In this document: positions 1 to 12,675 of the stretch, one piece after another
How the letters are laid out: every line of letters begins with the position of its first letter
Numbering within the stretch: the first letter of the stretch is position 1
Source of the DNA: Macrostomum hystrix
Taxonomy: Eukaryota; Animalia; Platyhelminthes
NCBI GenBank assembly: GCA_950097015.1
Contig: CATNEN010000033.1
Location: 4,464,001-4,528,000 of the forward strand
DNA length: 64,000 nucleotides
Direction of reading: 5' to 3'
Notes under the pieces: generated by a model
Told to the model about the DNA's origin: nothing
The model's input: only the letters and a program-made list of their open reading frames with translations
The model's database searches: none
Program-made: the position numbers and the translations under genes

Positions 1-2030
1 GGGGAAATGAGAGAAGGATCAAGCAATGCACATATTTAAAATAAAAGACAGTTTGCTGGGCAATCATTCCAGTTACTCATCACTCATCAGTAATCAGTCC
101 AATTTGTGTGGAAGTCACCGGATGAGCGCCCATCCTGGATGATAGCTTTTATTGCAGCCTCGTCAAGCTTCTTCACAAATGCACTGGACAGTTCTTGAAC
201 TCTATGCTTCATAGATCCCGTTGGTCCTGTGACAGCAGTAGCAGTACGAGTAGTAGAAGTGCTGGCAAAACTGCCTGTTATTTTCATTTGTATCATTGGT
301 ATTGAAGGCTTGAAGACTGTTGAAGGTGTTGGAGAAGGTGTTGAAGACTGTTCATGTTCTTGTCTAGCTTCTGTTGCATTATTGCCTTCACAGGGCATGG
401 AAGTAGAGTCAGTATTGACAATAAATAGCTTGTGTTGGCTTCGGAGATGGCTTAGCATTGACTTAGTAGATCCATCCTTTTGAAGCTTAATCAATGCATT
501 GCATTCTTTGCAAATAGCATGCTATTTGTCATCAGTCTTTTTGAAATGATTCCAAACATTAGACTTCATGTCTAGATATTAAGATTATATTAAATTAAGA
601 AAAATAAAGATTATACGAGGTATATAAAGTTGTATATAATTTAGCTCCATGCTTATGACTTTTGAAGAAGTAATAGTTTCAGGACTTTCTGTATCAAATC
701 TTTATCAATAGTTTTGTCTAACTAATTGTCTATTCATTTTATTTTTTTGTTTACAGAAAATCTAAAAAACGTTGTAGCATACTATGAGTATCTGCATACA
801 TTAAAGATGTCATAGTCTACTAAAATTGAAGGCTACATAAATTACTTAATTACTTCAATTACTTTTTTATTTGAAATTTTATACAAAACCATTTTTTGGA
901 ACTACCAAACCACATTTATTACAGGAATTGAATTAGAAATAATAGGCTAGAGATTAATTTAACAGAGGCACATATTCACTAGCACCTATATATTAATTTA
1001 GAATATATAATTTATATTAAAAAAGAAATAACCTAATACAATTTATGAATTTATTTAAAATATTTAATTCACCTTAGCTTAGCATAAAAAGGTCAATAAG
1101 ATATTGCCTCCTAAAAATAATATGCAAGACAATCACAAAGTAGTATCATATTGTATTTATTTATATGTAGCTAGCAATGCCTAAAAGTTGAACTTAGATA
1201 TATAAATAAATTGCTAGAACTTATATAATCAACTGCTTACTTTTAGATGCTTATGATTTTGATAGACTTTGATTGATTTGATAGATTATGATACACAGTC
1301 AGGTAGACTCTGACCTATCTGACTGTGTTCATATTTATCTGCTCTTATAGTCTCAGACATGCTGCTAGTCAGTAGTCAGCAACAGTGTAGCCCTAGCCCC
1401 TAATACATAAATTATAAGCTAAGGCTAAAAGCAGGGCTAAGGCTAGAGCTAATATGCTAGAAAAATAAACCGCTAAAAACTTTAATGAATGGATGACAGT
1501 AAACGAACCTGCTATATAGAGAATAGATAATCATTAATATGATTTGCTCTGTTTAGTAAAGGTCTACAAGTTCTCTGTTAGCCTGGATGTGGGATTACCT
1601 ACTTAACTAGCTGGCTAGGTCAAAATAAAACATAATTAAAGACATAAGACATAATGCAGTTTAGACTTTAGATATATAGATAATTCCTTTCACTATGGAA
1701 TATTATAATGCAGGGCCGAAAATTCGTAGAATGATATATTTACATTAGAATGATTACTGGATCACGACTATTAAGTCCTTCCTTAGTGCAGTGCATTATG
1801 CGTACGCCAGTTTAGTTCACGAGGTAATTTTTTTGAATTGGCGCGATTCTGAAAGACGCTTTATCACATAATAAGGCAATACTAATTAAGTAAAACTGAA
1901 ATAAAATTAAAAAATCCGGAAACCCCGAATCCGGTGCCAAAACCCGACCTGGACACCTACCCCCGAACCCCGAACCCAGTACCAAAACCCGACCGAAACC
2001 CGACCCGACCCCGAACCCCAAACACCCCTA
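1..2030 (-). mobile_element. hAT-type DNA transposon, 5' portion (other end outside window)
   Basis: BED/hAT remnant at 87-569. The terminus at 2030 reads TAGGGGTGTTTGGGG on the minus strand (hAT-like TIR start), followed by clustered ACCCGA/CCCGAA subterminal repeats at 1920-2020. Only one end is visible, so no TSD can be confirmed. Confidence 0.45.
87..569 (-). pseudogene. Decayed hAT transposase N-terminus with BED zinc finger (in-frame TAG at 522-524)
   Basis: The minus strand from ATG 569 reads MKSNVWNHFKKTDDK*HAICKECNALIKLQKDGSTKSMLSHLRSQH, matching the BED pattern WxxF...CxxC...GST..L..HL...H. It continues to IIQDGRSSGDF (D-x-R-x-F-like hAT motif), then hits stops. Confidence 0.75.
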
Positions 2031-2328
2031 GCCACAGCTAGCTATTGTACAGCACATTTAAAGGCCACACATAAACATCAAATAAATCCGTAGCTAGTGC
2101 TTGTGCCCATTTAGCAACTTGGTGAATCCAAGCAATGCAGCAGTTGTGCGTCTTTCTAAATGACGAAAATTTTCTAGTGGAAATTTAGAGTTTTAGTGGA
2201 AATCAATATTCTAACCACTAGGCCGCACAGCCCTAGCTATAATTCTAAAATTAGCTATAAATTGCCTGACTTCTCTATTCACTGCTGAGCTCTTGACCTC
2301 CCGCCTCCTCAGTTATTCAGAGCCGGCC

Positions 2329-4200
2329 ATGACACCCGACGACTGGGTCTATGCCAGCCTGCTGCTCATCTCGCTGGTCGTTGGGCCGCTGTTCTCAGGC
2401 GGAAGTCTCCGTGCCATTCCATTTCTGCGAGCCTCCGCTGCTGGCCCGCTTGTGTCCGCCTTTGGCTTTCTGCTGTGCACCGTTGTCTGCGGCTCCTTCA
2501 TGTGGCACTCGGCTCTGGTGGCCGCGGTGTCCGCCGCCATCTGCACACTCGGGCCGCGCGGCCGAGTTCATGCCATCTGCGCCGGCTGGTGCTTCGGCTA
2601 CCTGGCCTTCTTCCGCACCGCCCACCTGCTGGGCTTCGCCAAGCCTTCGCCGCATAGCAACGCTGTCCAGCTGCTGATGACGCTCAGGATGACCGGCCTG
2701 GCCTTCGAACTGGTCGACACCCGCCGGCTGGAGCGCAGGCTGCGCGACTGCACCGACGAGGCCGAACGGAAAAGCCTGGACTTGCAGCTCCGGTTTACCG
2801 GCGTGGCGCCAACCTTCTGGCAGGTGCGACTATTCTCTGTTTCTCTCCTCGCTCTGCCTCACCTGTCCGCTTCACCCTGCCTCACCTGTCCGCTTCAACC
2901 CTGCCTCACCTGTCCGCTTCAACCCTGCCTCACCTGTCCGCTTCAACCCTGCCTCACCTGTCCGCTTCTCAGTGCTCAATTATCGCATCCGCTCCGCGCC
3001 CTGACCTTCCAGATCCTGCAGTATGCGTACGCCTATCCCGGCGTTCTCACCGGGCCCTACTATCGATTTCGAACATATCGCGATCTCGTAGTCCGTCTGG
3101 AAGCTCCGCAGCTGCAGCCGCCACCGCCGGCTGGCGACACGCTTTGGAAACGCCTGGCATACGCGCCCCTGTATGGCCTGGGCTACCTGGTGCTGTCCCA
3201 GTGGTACTACATTGACTACGCCAGGACTGACGAGCTGCTGGTGGAATCCAGCTTGGCTTATCGCATCTACTTCATGTTCGCCATGTTTACAACATTCCGC
3301 TGCCGGATGTACTTTGCCTGGGTTGTGTCAGAGTGCGTCTGCATGGCCATCGGCCTGGGCGGCTATCCGGCCGCTTCCGAGCCCCGCTGCGGCGAGGTCA
3401 GTTATCTGGACAATGGTCCGATGTGTGCTTTCATATGTGGGATCCCATCTGTGGGATTCCATATGTGGGATTCCATCTGTGGGATTCCATTTGTGTGATT
3501 TCTTTTTTGGGCTTCCGTATGTGGGATTTCTTACGTGAGATTCCTTTTAGGAGATTCCTTTCATGGAATCCCCTTTCTCGTCCTCCATATCGTGCTGGCT
3601 GTAGTCTTCGTACTCGCATCCTCCGCCCACCAGGGCCCCACCCGGCTGGAAGCGCTGAGCCTGCCGCAGTCCGCCGAGCGTCCGCAATTAGTTGACGGAG
3701 GCGGCGATTTGAATCACGGCCAGACCAGCTACGAGTGCGTGCACAACATCGACGAGGCCGGCTGCGAGTTCGCGCCCACGGTGCAGGCCGGCATGAAGGC
3801 CTGGAACCGGAGCGTGCAGCACTGGCTAGCCGCCTTTGTCTACCGCCGGGTGCCCGGCCGCGCCCTCCGCCTGCCCGTCACCATGGCCGTCTCAGCCTAC
3901 TGGCACGGCGTTCACGGCGGCTACTTTCTGTCCTTCCTGACCATTCCGCTGGCTCGCTACGCCGAAGACGCGCTGGACCGGCTGCTCAGGCGGAGCCGAC
4001 TGCCGCCCTCCGTCTCTTATTGGCTGCGCTGGTTCTTCAAGATGCGCGTCTTTGACTACACCTGCATGGGCTTCCTGCTGCTTGGCGCCGGCGACACCAT
4101 GCGCTTCTGGGCCGCCACCGGCTTCTGCGTGCACGCGGCCAGCTGCCTGCTGCTGGCAGCCGACTGGGCAGTCGCCAGGCTGACGGCGGGGCGCGTTTAA
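2329..4200 (+). CDS. MBOAT7: Lysophospholipid acyltransferase 7 (LPIAT1/MBOAT7); exons 2329-2823, 3013-3396, 3634-4200; about 481 aa
   Basis: N-terminus MTPDDWVY resembles MBOAT7 MSPEEWTY. Family motifs HSNAVQLLMTLRMTGLAFE, YPGVLTGPYYRF, WNRSVQHWLA and catalytic-His SAYWHG are present. GT..AG introns 2824-3012 and 3397-3633 join in frame (phase 0). Confidence 0.92.
2854..2967. repeat. 24-bp tandem repeat (about 5 copies) in MBOAT7 intron 1
   Basis: Unit CTGCCTCACCTGTCCGCTTCAACC. Confidence 0.9.
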
Positions 4201-4435
4201 TTGGGTCACAAGATGCACTATTGTTGCTAGCGTAGATACGAATTGAAATATTCCAGTTTGTACTGGTACATAGATTTAGCCTTATTGTTTCTTGTTTTAG
4301 GTTTTTAATCGGGAAATTTCTAATATCGTGACCCGCACTGGTTTATGTCTTAAGTTTTTCATGCGATGATTGTAGCTCGGGCAGTTGCTACCTTTTGTCT
4401 TACCGGGTCGCGGTACACTCCATCTCGTTTTCTTA

Positions 4436-4748
4436 TTGGATCACGTGACACTCCACTTCCTTGTCTTATCGGGTCACGTGACACTTCATCTCCTTCTCTT
4501 ATCGGGTCTTGTGACACTCCACTTCCTTGTCTTATCGGGTCACGTGAAACTTCATCTCCTTCTCTTATCGGGTCACGTGACACTCCACTTCCTTGTCTTA
4601 TCGGGTCACGTGACACTTCATCTCCTTCTCTTATCGGGTCTTGTGACACTCCACTTCCTTGTCTTATCGGGTCACGTGACACTTCATCTCCTTCTCTTAT
4701 CGGGTCTTGTGACACTCCACTTCCTTGTCTTATCGGGTCACGTGACAC
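4436..4748. repeat. 33-bp minisatellite with alternating A/B units (66-bp dimer) containing GTCACGTGAC palindromes
   Basis: Units TTATCGGGTCACGTGACACTCCACTTCCTTGTC and TTATCGGGTCACGTGACACTTCATCTCCTTCTC alternate. Confidence 0.9.
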
Positions 4749-6308
4749 AGTAAACAGAACTGCTTTGATTTCTTATCTTGCCGTGTCGCAATCGTTCACC
4801 GTCTTTTTGGTCACGTGACGTTGCTGCTCGTGCAGTTTCTGACTGTCTTGTGTAATTATCAGCCAAAATGTTACCACAGTTATGTCGGTCTAGTCATAAT
4901 TAAGTAGGCAAATTGTCTTCGCTTTGTACTTTGTGCTAGGCATTAATATAAGTTCTTAAAACCCATTGTATACGTTATTTTCTATGTTCGGATGCTCGCC
5001 AGTTTGTAGAAACCATAAGGCTTGTTTTTAGTTGCTTGAGCTGGTGCATTTTCAATGCCATTTTCCTACTTACAAATCCCGGAGTGAGCAGGCTGAGTTT
5101 TGTTTCCCAGGCATTGTGCAATTTTATTTGTTTAGTGCCATTTTCTGTGACACATCTTAACTGGAATTTGTTCGATCTTGCTATAAATCCTACTGAAAGT
5201 AGTCTGCTAGATTTTTGTATGCAAAATTAAAGCACCAGTTTATAGTAGATTTGTTATACCGCTGCACAACAGCCATAATTTATTATTCTGAAGTGAAATC
5301 ACTCGGGTGAGCAGTTTTTATGTCATTTACTTATGCTTGAAGCACAGTGCTTAGAACTTCAGACTTCTAGCTGGTAGATCAGGAGTTCGAATCTCAGCCT
5401 AAAGGAAGCAATTCGATTACTTCGAGCTATTCGAGCCTTTGGAAACGCGCGCAATGGCTGAGCCGCTCGCAGTGCATCGTGCTCAACTGGACTCTGTAAT
5501 TTCTGTCCCGATATGTATAGAAAAATGTGAAAATCAACACACTTGAAATCTTCTGAGCCTTCTCTCAGAGTCGCGAGCAATCCGAGAAGACAGTTTTGGC
5601 TGAATAATTGCACTGAGTTTGAGCACTGCCACCCCCCTAGAAACGGACAGGGAGCTCAATCAGGGAGACAGACTACCCCCTATCCCAGTGGCATGCGCTG
5701 GGATCGCGTTGCCCCAAACTGAGACACGAGCCAAAGATAGTTTTCCTGCCCCGGGGACGGAGGACGTCACGCTGAGGAGCGCGATATCCTCTTCGGCGGA
5801 AGGACGCGTCTCACGAGAGGCATATCGAATTCCGTTGCCAGCGAGTTCTTGGGATAATTATAAAAATGACCTACTGAAGCAGCAGAGCATTACTTTCCTG
5901 TTCTGGCGAGAATGATGAATGATCTTTGATTGCGCGCTTTGTTCGCTTCGCTGGCCCAGTGCGGGACCGCCAGACCCGATCCCAGATTTTGTTTACATTG
6001 ACACTGACTGACAGGTGGCGCGGTTTTAAAACTGAATTTTCGACTCGTCCACCCATCGCTTGGCCTGGCCGACTATCTGCTGGGTTGTGAAAGCAATCGT
6101 CCCCAACTGCTAAGCCGATGTTTATCGCAGAATCCTACTATAAAGTCAGTTCTTGTCTTTTCTCAGACCCATCCACTGTCATTGGTTGGCACTGGCCAAT
6201 CCCGACAAGCCGTGTGCGGGTTGTTGTCCTCTTCTTATTTTAAGCCAAGAGAGGCGGGCTCAGCAGCGATCGGCACACTGAGCAGTTCAGCCAGTAGATT
6301 TCCTAGAA

Positions 6309-7373
6309 ATGAAGACGGACTCAGACGCGGACGGGGAGGAGGATCTGTCCGGCTGGCCGCTGACAGAGTCGGACGCGCTCGCCCTGCTGGACAGGCGTCG
6401 CCGGCTCTGCCTCTACTGCTGCCGCTGCTGCCTACCAGCTGGCAATGCCGCTGGCGGAGCGTCGGGTCGGGAGGCTGTCCGCCTTGTCCACGGCGAGGCC
6501 TTCGTCTGCACCCTGGCCAGCTGGTTCGAGAGGCACTCGGTGCAGGAGCGCCTCCTTCCCTGCCCGGAGGAGCCGGACAGCGACGAGGAGAACAACTGCC
6601 ACGGCGGCGACGATCGGCGAACACGGCGATGCCCGCGCCGAACAATAGACGATCGGCAACACCTGGCCAGCACCTGGGAAGCGAAGCGGCCGATTCCAGC
6701 CGCTTTCACCGATGCCGAGGCGGCCGTGCCGCTGCCTGGCCGCGCCAGCCGACAGACCGTCTGTCCGGGCTGTCACGGCGTCGGCTACGCCGGCTGCCGA
6801 CGATGCCGCCGCAAGGGTAACGTGACCTGCCCCGGATGCCATGGCGGCGGCGGTGGCGGCGAAGGCGGCGGCGACTCGCATCGCTGCTTTGTCTGCGCGG
6901 GCCGTGGCAGCGTCCGGTGTCCGGCCTGCTCCGGTCGAGTGTCCGGCGTCGAATGCGGCAGGTGCGCCGGGACCGGCAGGCTGGCGGCCAGACGCTGGCT
7001 GCAGGCCAACTGGACGGTAACCATTGACAGCGCCCTGCTGAGCGCCGCCGACTTGCCCGCCGGCCTCCTGGCCGAGGCGGAGGGCCGGCCCGTCTACCGC
7101 CAAGTGGCGCCTCGGGTGGCCCTGAGCGAGGCGAGGTTTCCGCTGGGCCTGGTGCTGGCCGCGGAGGTCCTGGCCAATCGACACTCGGCGGTGGCCGCTG
7201 CCGACGTCGACAACTGCCGGCTGCTGCTGCAGCGCCTGACAGTCTGGCTGGTGCCAGTGTGCGCATGCGAGTTCCGCTGCGGCCAGCGCCTCTTTGTCTA
7301 TGGCCAGGACCGCCGCCAGCACTGGGAGAAGCGCCGAGAGCGGCAGCGGGCCTCCGCCTGCGTCCTCCTGTGA
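6309..7373 (+). CDS. SSUH2: SSUH2-like protein (DnaJ-type CxxCxGxG zinc-finger repeats), single exon, 354 aa
   Basis: N-terminal DALALL..LCLYCC. Repeated CPGCHGVG, CPGCHGGG, CFVCAGRG, CPACSG and CGRCAGTG motifs with no J-domain. C-terminal FVYGQDRR resembles the SSUH2 FYVYG motif. Confidence 0.7.
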   Translation: MKTDSDADGEEDLSGWPLTESDALALLDRRRRLCLYCCRCCLPAGNAAGGASGREAVRLVHGEAFVCTLASWFERHSVQERLLPCPEEPDSDEENNCHGGDDRRTRRCPRRTIDDRQHLASTWEAKRPIPAAFTDAEAAVPLPGRASRQTVCPGCHGVGYAGCRRCRRKGNVTCPGCHGGGGGGEGGGDSHRCFVCAGRGSVRCPACSGRVSGVECGRCAGTGRLAARRWLQANWTVTIDSALLSAADLPAGLLAEAEGRPVYRQVAPRVALSEARFPLGLVLAAEVLANRHSAVAAADVDNCRLLLQRLTVWLVPVCACEFRCGQRLFVYGQDRRQHWEKRRERQRASACVLL

Positions 7374-8085
7374 CCCCAGTCCCCAGCGATCCGTCTTTGC
7401 CAGTTCTTCATGGCCCGATCCCCGCAATCTCCTTGGCCAGAAACTGGCGCTCATTTTCTCCCATTCTGTGCGCTCCCAGCTCCCGAGTTCTCTCAATCGA
7501 TTCGGCCATCGATCAATCAGTCCGCGAGGATCACGCAATATTTTCCTGTCAGTTTAGATGCTGGGGATAACTGACTGTTCTGATTTCAAATGCGCCCTGT
7601 CCTACTCGACTGTTGTCTCCTCCAGTTTGAGAATTTTTGAAGCTCGAGCCTTCCGATTAGACCAACTCTTGACTGGCAGTTTTTTGCAGCAGTTTTACAA
7701 TTTAACTACCTTGAATTTATAGAGAAGCACAGATTAATTAGTCTTTATTATAGGCCCTTTGTAAATGCGCCATTACATGTACTTGTGTTTCAGTGATTTC
7801 TGTCAATTAGCAAATTTTTTTGTTTATTAACGCGACAAAAACAATTGTCGAAACGATTCATAGTTTCAATTTCTTTCGGTTGCTGCTCTGAAGTCACTGC
7901 TGATGAAATCGCCAATGAAAGCAGGTGAAATCACTGCTCCGAAAGACTGTAGGTTAGATTATCTGAACGACTGCCAGTCAGACTATAGCTGTAAGCCTGA
8001 AAAACTGTCTGTTAGATCGTCTATAAGACTTTTGGTGTCTCTCAGACTGTCTGTAAGACTAAGAAAACCATCTATAAGAGGCACT

Positions 8086-8320
8086 TCTGTAAGAGTGTCT
8101 GTAAGAGTGTCTGTAAGAGTGTCTGTAAGAGTGTCTGTAAGAGTGTCTGTAAGAGTGTCTGTAAGAGTGTCTGTAAGAGTGTCTGTAAGAGTGTCTGTAA
8201 GAGTGTGTGTAAGAGTGTCTGTAAGAGTGTCTGTAAGACTGTCTGTAAGACTGTCTGTAAGAGTGTCTGTAAGAGTGTCTGTAAGAGTGTCTGTAAGAGT
8301 GTCTGTAAGAGTGTCTGTAA
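8086..8320. repeat. 12-bp tandem repeat (TCTGTAAGAGTG)n
   Basis: About 19 near-perfect copies, seen directly. Confidence 0.95.
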
Positions 8321-9470
8321 ATCTGTTACTAAGATCGACACAAGTGCCGGACCAACTGGTTCGATTTCCAATTTTTTGCTGGCTTCTAAACTTGGTTAAG
8401 CAAATTGAAAAGGGCTTTTGAGCTCATGCTACTATTTGCATTCAGACTGGCTGTTTATGCTCTTCATAATCCGCTGCCGCTGCTGTTTTCCTTCAGCCCT
8501 CGGCAGTGAACTTGATTGCCTATAATGCACTTTCTCCCGCCCAGCCAGCAGCTTCCTGGACTCGCAAACTCTCCGCTGGCCTCTAAAGCGATTTTGTCAT
8601 TATAGAAAAAGAAGGCCGAGCCGGAGGAAAGCGAACCCGGGCCAGAAACCCCACAACCGCCCCACCCACTTATCAGTCACTCTCGACGACCGACTCCTCT
8701 GGCGTAGAGGGAGGAGAAAAAAAAGATTTTTTCGAAACCCCCGCATTTTTTCGCTGGGCTGAGCCGGCGAGGGGGGCGAATTCCTAATCCTGAGCTGCTG
8801 CCGCGGACACGGGGCTAAATCGAACTCAGAAGTGCCTCACGCTGAAATGCATTCACACATTATCCGAAAATCTGGAACCTGTCTTTCCGGGATTGTTAGT
8901 TGCTTCTCTTTTTAGTTGCTGCACTTGACATCTTCCTGGGCGTCAGGAAGTGTTTGTTTACAGTCGCTGCAGCCCCACGATCAGCAGTCACATGCCAGTA
9001 TTTCTTGGCTTTATGCACATTTTATTAGCCCTGGGCAATAGGCCGTCTTTCCGGACCCAACCGAGCGACTCCTCTGGAGCTCTGGGCCAGTCAAGGCTGC
9101 TCTCATGCTCCCATTTGTCCTGGCTTTCTCACATTGCGCATATTGCATGACTGCATCAGGTGCCTCAGTGGCAGTGATAATCTGCCACTGACATGTCCAC
9201 CATCAATCATTTATAACACAGCATTTCATCTCTATAATTCATTTACTTTCCTCATCTGTCTGGTATTGATAATTGCATTTTTTTAGTTATTGAAATATAT
9301 TATAATTATCTCATGGACTGCTGCAAACTGAACACGCAAAATTAAGAAATGAGTGAAAATCTGCCTTTCAAAGTTCTATTGGTTGGAATAAATTACAGTT
9401 ATTATCTTATTGGCAAATTAATTTCACTAACAAGACGGGCTAAAAACTTGCCATGAGCTCTATCCCTTCC

Positions 9471-9720
9471 AGCTCGCGGATTGGCTGGCGTGGTTGTATA
9501 CCGAAGATAAGCTCTATTCCAGCTCGCGGATTGGCTGGCGTGGTTGTATACCGAAGATAAGCTCTATTCCAGCTCGCGGATTGGCTGGCGTGGTTGTGTA
9601 CCGAAGATAGCTCTACCCCTTCGAGCTCGCGGATTGGCTGGCGTGGTTGTGTACCGAATATAGCTCTACCCCTTCGAGCTCGCGGATTGGCTGGCGTGGT
9701 TGTGTACTGATTATAAGCTC
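9471..9720. repeat. 50-53-bp tandem repeat, 5 copies, each with a reverse CCAAT box
   Basis: Core AGCTCGCGGATTGGCTGGCGTGGTTGT recurs at about 9471, 9521, 9571, 9624 and 9678. Confidence 0.9.
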
Positions 9721-10884
9721 TATCCCTTCTGGTTCGTTGGATTCGCTGGCACCTTAATTGCACCTCAGCTTTGCTAAGAGAAAGGCCACTTTGGCAAAAT
9801 CATGGCATCTGATTATAATGTATTTTCTGCATCAGTGACGCTGCTATAGAGAGTTGCATCTTGCGTGTCCCAGTGCCAGTGCCAGTTCATCGTCTTGTAA
9901 AACTTCCACAAAGTCGGCAGTTCCGCTTGAACTGAACTCTAGAAGGATTTCCGGAAGGTTTGTGTGGGAACGATAAGCGATTGCGTGTGGAGCCAATCGG
10001 ATATTCGCCTGCATGGGAGCTCTAGACACAGAGTGGCACTCTGACCTGGCCACTGTCACATGATGAAGCTATATTTAGCCTAGCAACCAGATGCCAACAG
10101 CCGATTTGCCGCATTTCCCCCATTTGCGGATCGCCCGCTGATTTTTAAGCTGGGACCCTTCCTTCAGAGACATCTTGAACCCCTCGGCTTGCTTTCTGTC
10201 CGTCTCCACTGCGGTTTCTTCTCCATCAGTCAGAGCCTGCAACAACAACAACAATAACAACACCAGGCGTTCGTCACCCGGCTACCACCGAATTCCCACT
10301 CCCAATTCCCCACTCTATTTCGCTCTCCATTTTCCTAATTTTCCTCTAGACGTTTGGAGAAGAAACGAAGTTACAGACCGATTCGCAATGCTCTGCTCTC
10401 CCCTTGGCAAACTGACGGATCTTTCACACTTCATCCCCGCCTCCAATTAGCTGTGGCTGCTTCTTCTTGGCGTTTGGGCGCGGAATTATCCCCAGTCCCC
10501 TAATGCGTCTCCCAGGCTTGTCTATATCTAACCACTTCCCAAATCCCTATCAGCGCGGCAGGAGAAAGTGTCAAAGTTGTCCGAATGGCCATGTCCAGTT
10601 GAGGCCAACACAATCCTGGCCTCGCATTCTTACACCACTTCTGGAGGCACATCTGCCAGCCAACTAAAGTCCTATCGGCTTTCTGAGTGCAGCTGGCTTC
10701 ATATTTCTGTTCACTTCTCCGATGTAAGCTACTCACAACGCTTGAGTAGGCAGTTGTGAGTTTATTTCCTAGACTTGGTTTAACTATTGATTTGATTTCA
10801 ACAAATGATTTATCCAATTTTTTTAAATGGATAAGGGACGGGAATTGAGTTCAGGAAATAAGAAATTGACTTCAAGGACTTGAG

Positions 10885-11400
10885 ATGTTGACTTTAGGGA
10901 ATGGGATTTTGAGTTTAGGGAATGGGATGTTGAGTTTAGGGAATGGGATGTTGACTTTAGGGAATGGGATTTTGAGTTTAGGGAATGGGATGTTGAGTTT
11001 AGAGAATGGGATTTTGAGTTTAGGGAATGGGATGTTGAGTTTAGGGAATGGGATGTTGACTTTAGAGAATGGGATGTTGAGTTTAGGGAATGGGATGTTG
11101 AGTTTAGGGAATGGGATGTTGACTTTAGAGAATGGGATGTTGAGTTTAGGGAATGGGATGTTGAGTTTAGGGAATGGGATGTTGAGTTTAGGGAATGGGA
11201 TGTTGAGTTTAGGGAATGGGATGTTGAGTTTAGAGAATGGGATGTTGAGTTTAGGGAATGGGATTTTGAGTTTAGGGAATGGGATGTTGAGTTTAGAGAA
11301 TGGGATGTTGAGTTTAGAGAATGGGATGTTGAGTTTAGGGAATGGGATGTTGAGTTTAGGGAATGGGATGTTGAGTTTAGAGAATGGGATGTTGAGTTTA
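10885..11400. repeat. 21-bp minisatellite containing TTAGGG
   Basis: Unit GGGAATGGGATGTTGAGTTTA, about 24 copies. Confidence 0.95.
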
Positions 11401-12351
11401 TGGATAGCCAGAGCCGGTCTCCCCGGAGACACAGCGAGGCTGATCTCTGAGACTGAATCAAGAGTGAGGATTTCGCAATCTCTGGCGCGTGGAGCCCCAG
11501 ATTGCTGGCGACATCCTCAGCAGCGGCTGCGGCGGCTTCCCTTGGGAGTTTTCTGGTGTCGTGGCGGTAAAAAATCGCGTAGAGTTGCAGGATATTTTTT
11601 GTCAAGAAAAATTCCTTCCCATGCGGCCCTTCCTTCATTCTGGCCCAGCCCGTTCGAGTTCAAATGTTCCCTACACTATTTTGTCGTTTCCATAGCAACC
11701 TGGCTCGCACCGAGCTCTCTTTCAATTTTTTCTTTGGGGGAAAATTCCATCGCGCGTGGGGAACTCTCCTGGGGGATTTCGTGAGACCGGCCCGTCGAGG
11801 AACAGAAAAACCTGGCGCAGATGAGATGGGAAATCGGAGCATTTCAATCCGGCGCGAACCGGTCCTCATTATTTATTTGCTTTCTTTACTGGACTTTGGC
11901 CAATCAAGAGGCATGGGGCGGGCTCGGCTGAAAATCAACACTCGTATAATTGAAAAATATTCCAGTGAAAAGTGCATCAGAACTGTTCGATCCTCTCAAA
12001 TCGGGAGGATTTACCAGCGTTGCCGTAAAGCTCAAAGGCTCTCATATTATTCCCAGGACAGGGAAATGCTCGCATCCTCACTCAGCTGTGACCGGAGTGA
12101 AAGGGGAAACGAATTTGTCACGTGATCGCCTGAACTGTCAAGACTCAGTGCAGGCAATCAATCAATCAATCGATCCATCGATGCGGCCGCAGCGAGGCCA
12201 GGCTTGACGGGGGCAGGGGAGGCCGCGGGCCATTCTCTGTGACAGGTATTAATCCCCTCCGGCTGGGATTCGCGAACTGAGCAAGATAGCAAGCGAGGGA
12301 GATGCTAGGAGACTGTGGCTAGGGGTAAGGAGACGGTCAGACGGGGTAGAC

Positions 12352-12675
12352 GAGAGAGAGTGGCGGAGACAAGAGAGAGTGGCGGAGACAAGAGAGAGTG
12401 GCGGAGACAAGAGAGAGTGGCGGAGACAAGAGAGAGTGGGGAAGACAAGAGAGAGGGCAGAGACAAGAGAGAGTGGGGGAGACAAGAGAGAGGGGGAGGC
12501 AAGAGAGAGTGGCGGAGACAAGAGAGAGTGGCGGAGACAAGAGAGAGTGGCGGAGACAAGAGAGAGTGGCGGAGACAAGAGAGAGTGGGGCAGACAATAG
12601 AGAGTGGGGAAGACAAGAGAGAGGGCAGAGACAAGAAAGAGTGGGGGAGAAAAGAGAGTGAGGGAGACAAGAGAG
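12352..12675. repeat. 19-bp GA-rich minisatellite
   Basis: Unit GAGAGAGTGGCGGAGACAA with variants. Confidence 0.9.

Noticed and set aside
5333-5400. tRNA-like sequence (AGCACAGTGCTTAGA..GGAGTTCGAATCTC)
   Set aside because: The anticodon and acceptor stems do not pair properly; at best a decayed tRNA or SINE remnant.
5590-5870. Structured ncRNA (RNase P/MRP, SRP, snRNA)
   Set aside because: Hairpin-rich, but none of the diagnostic conserved motifs could be located.
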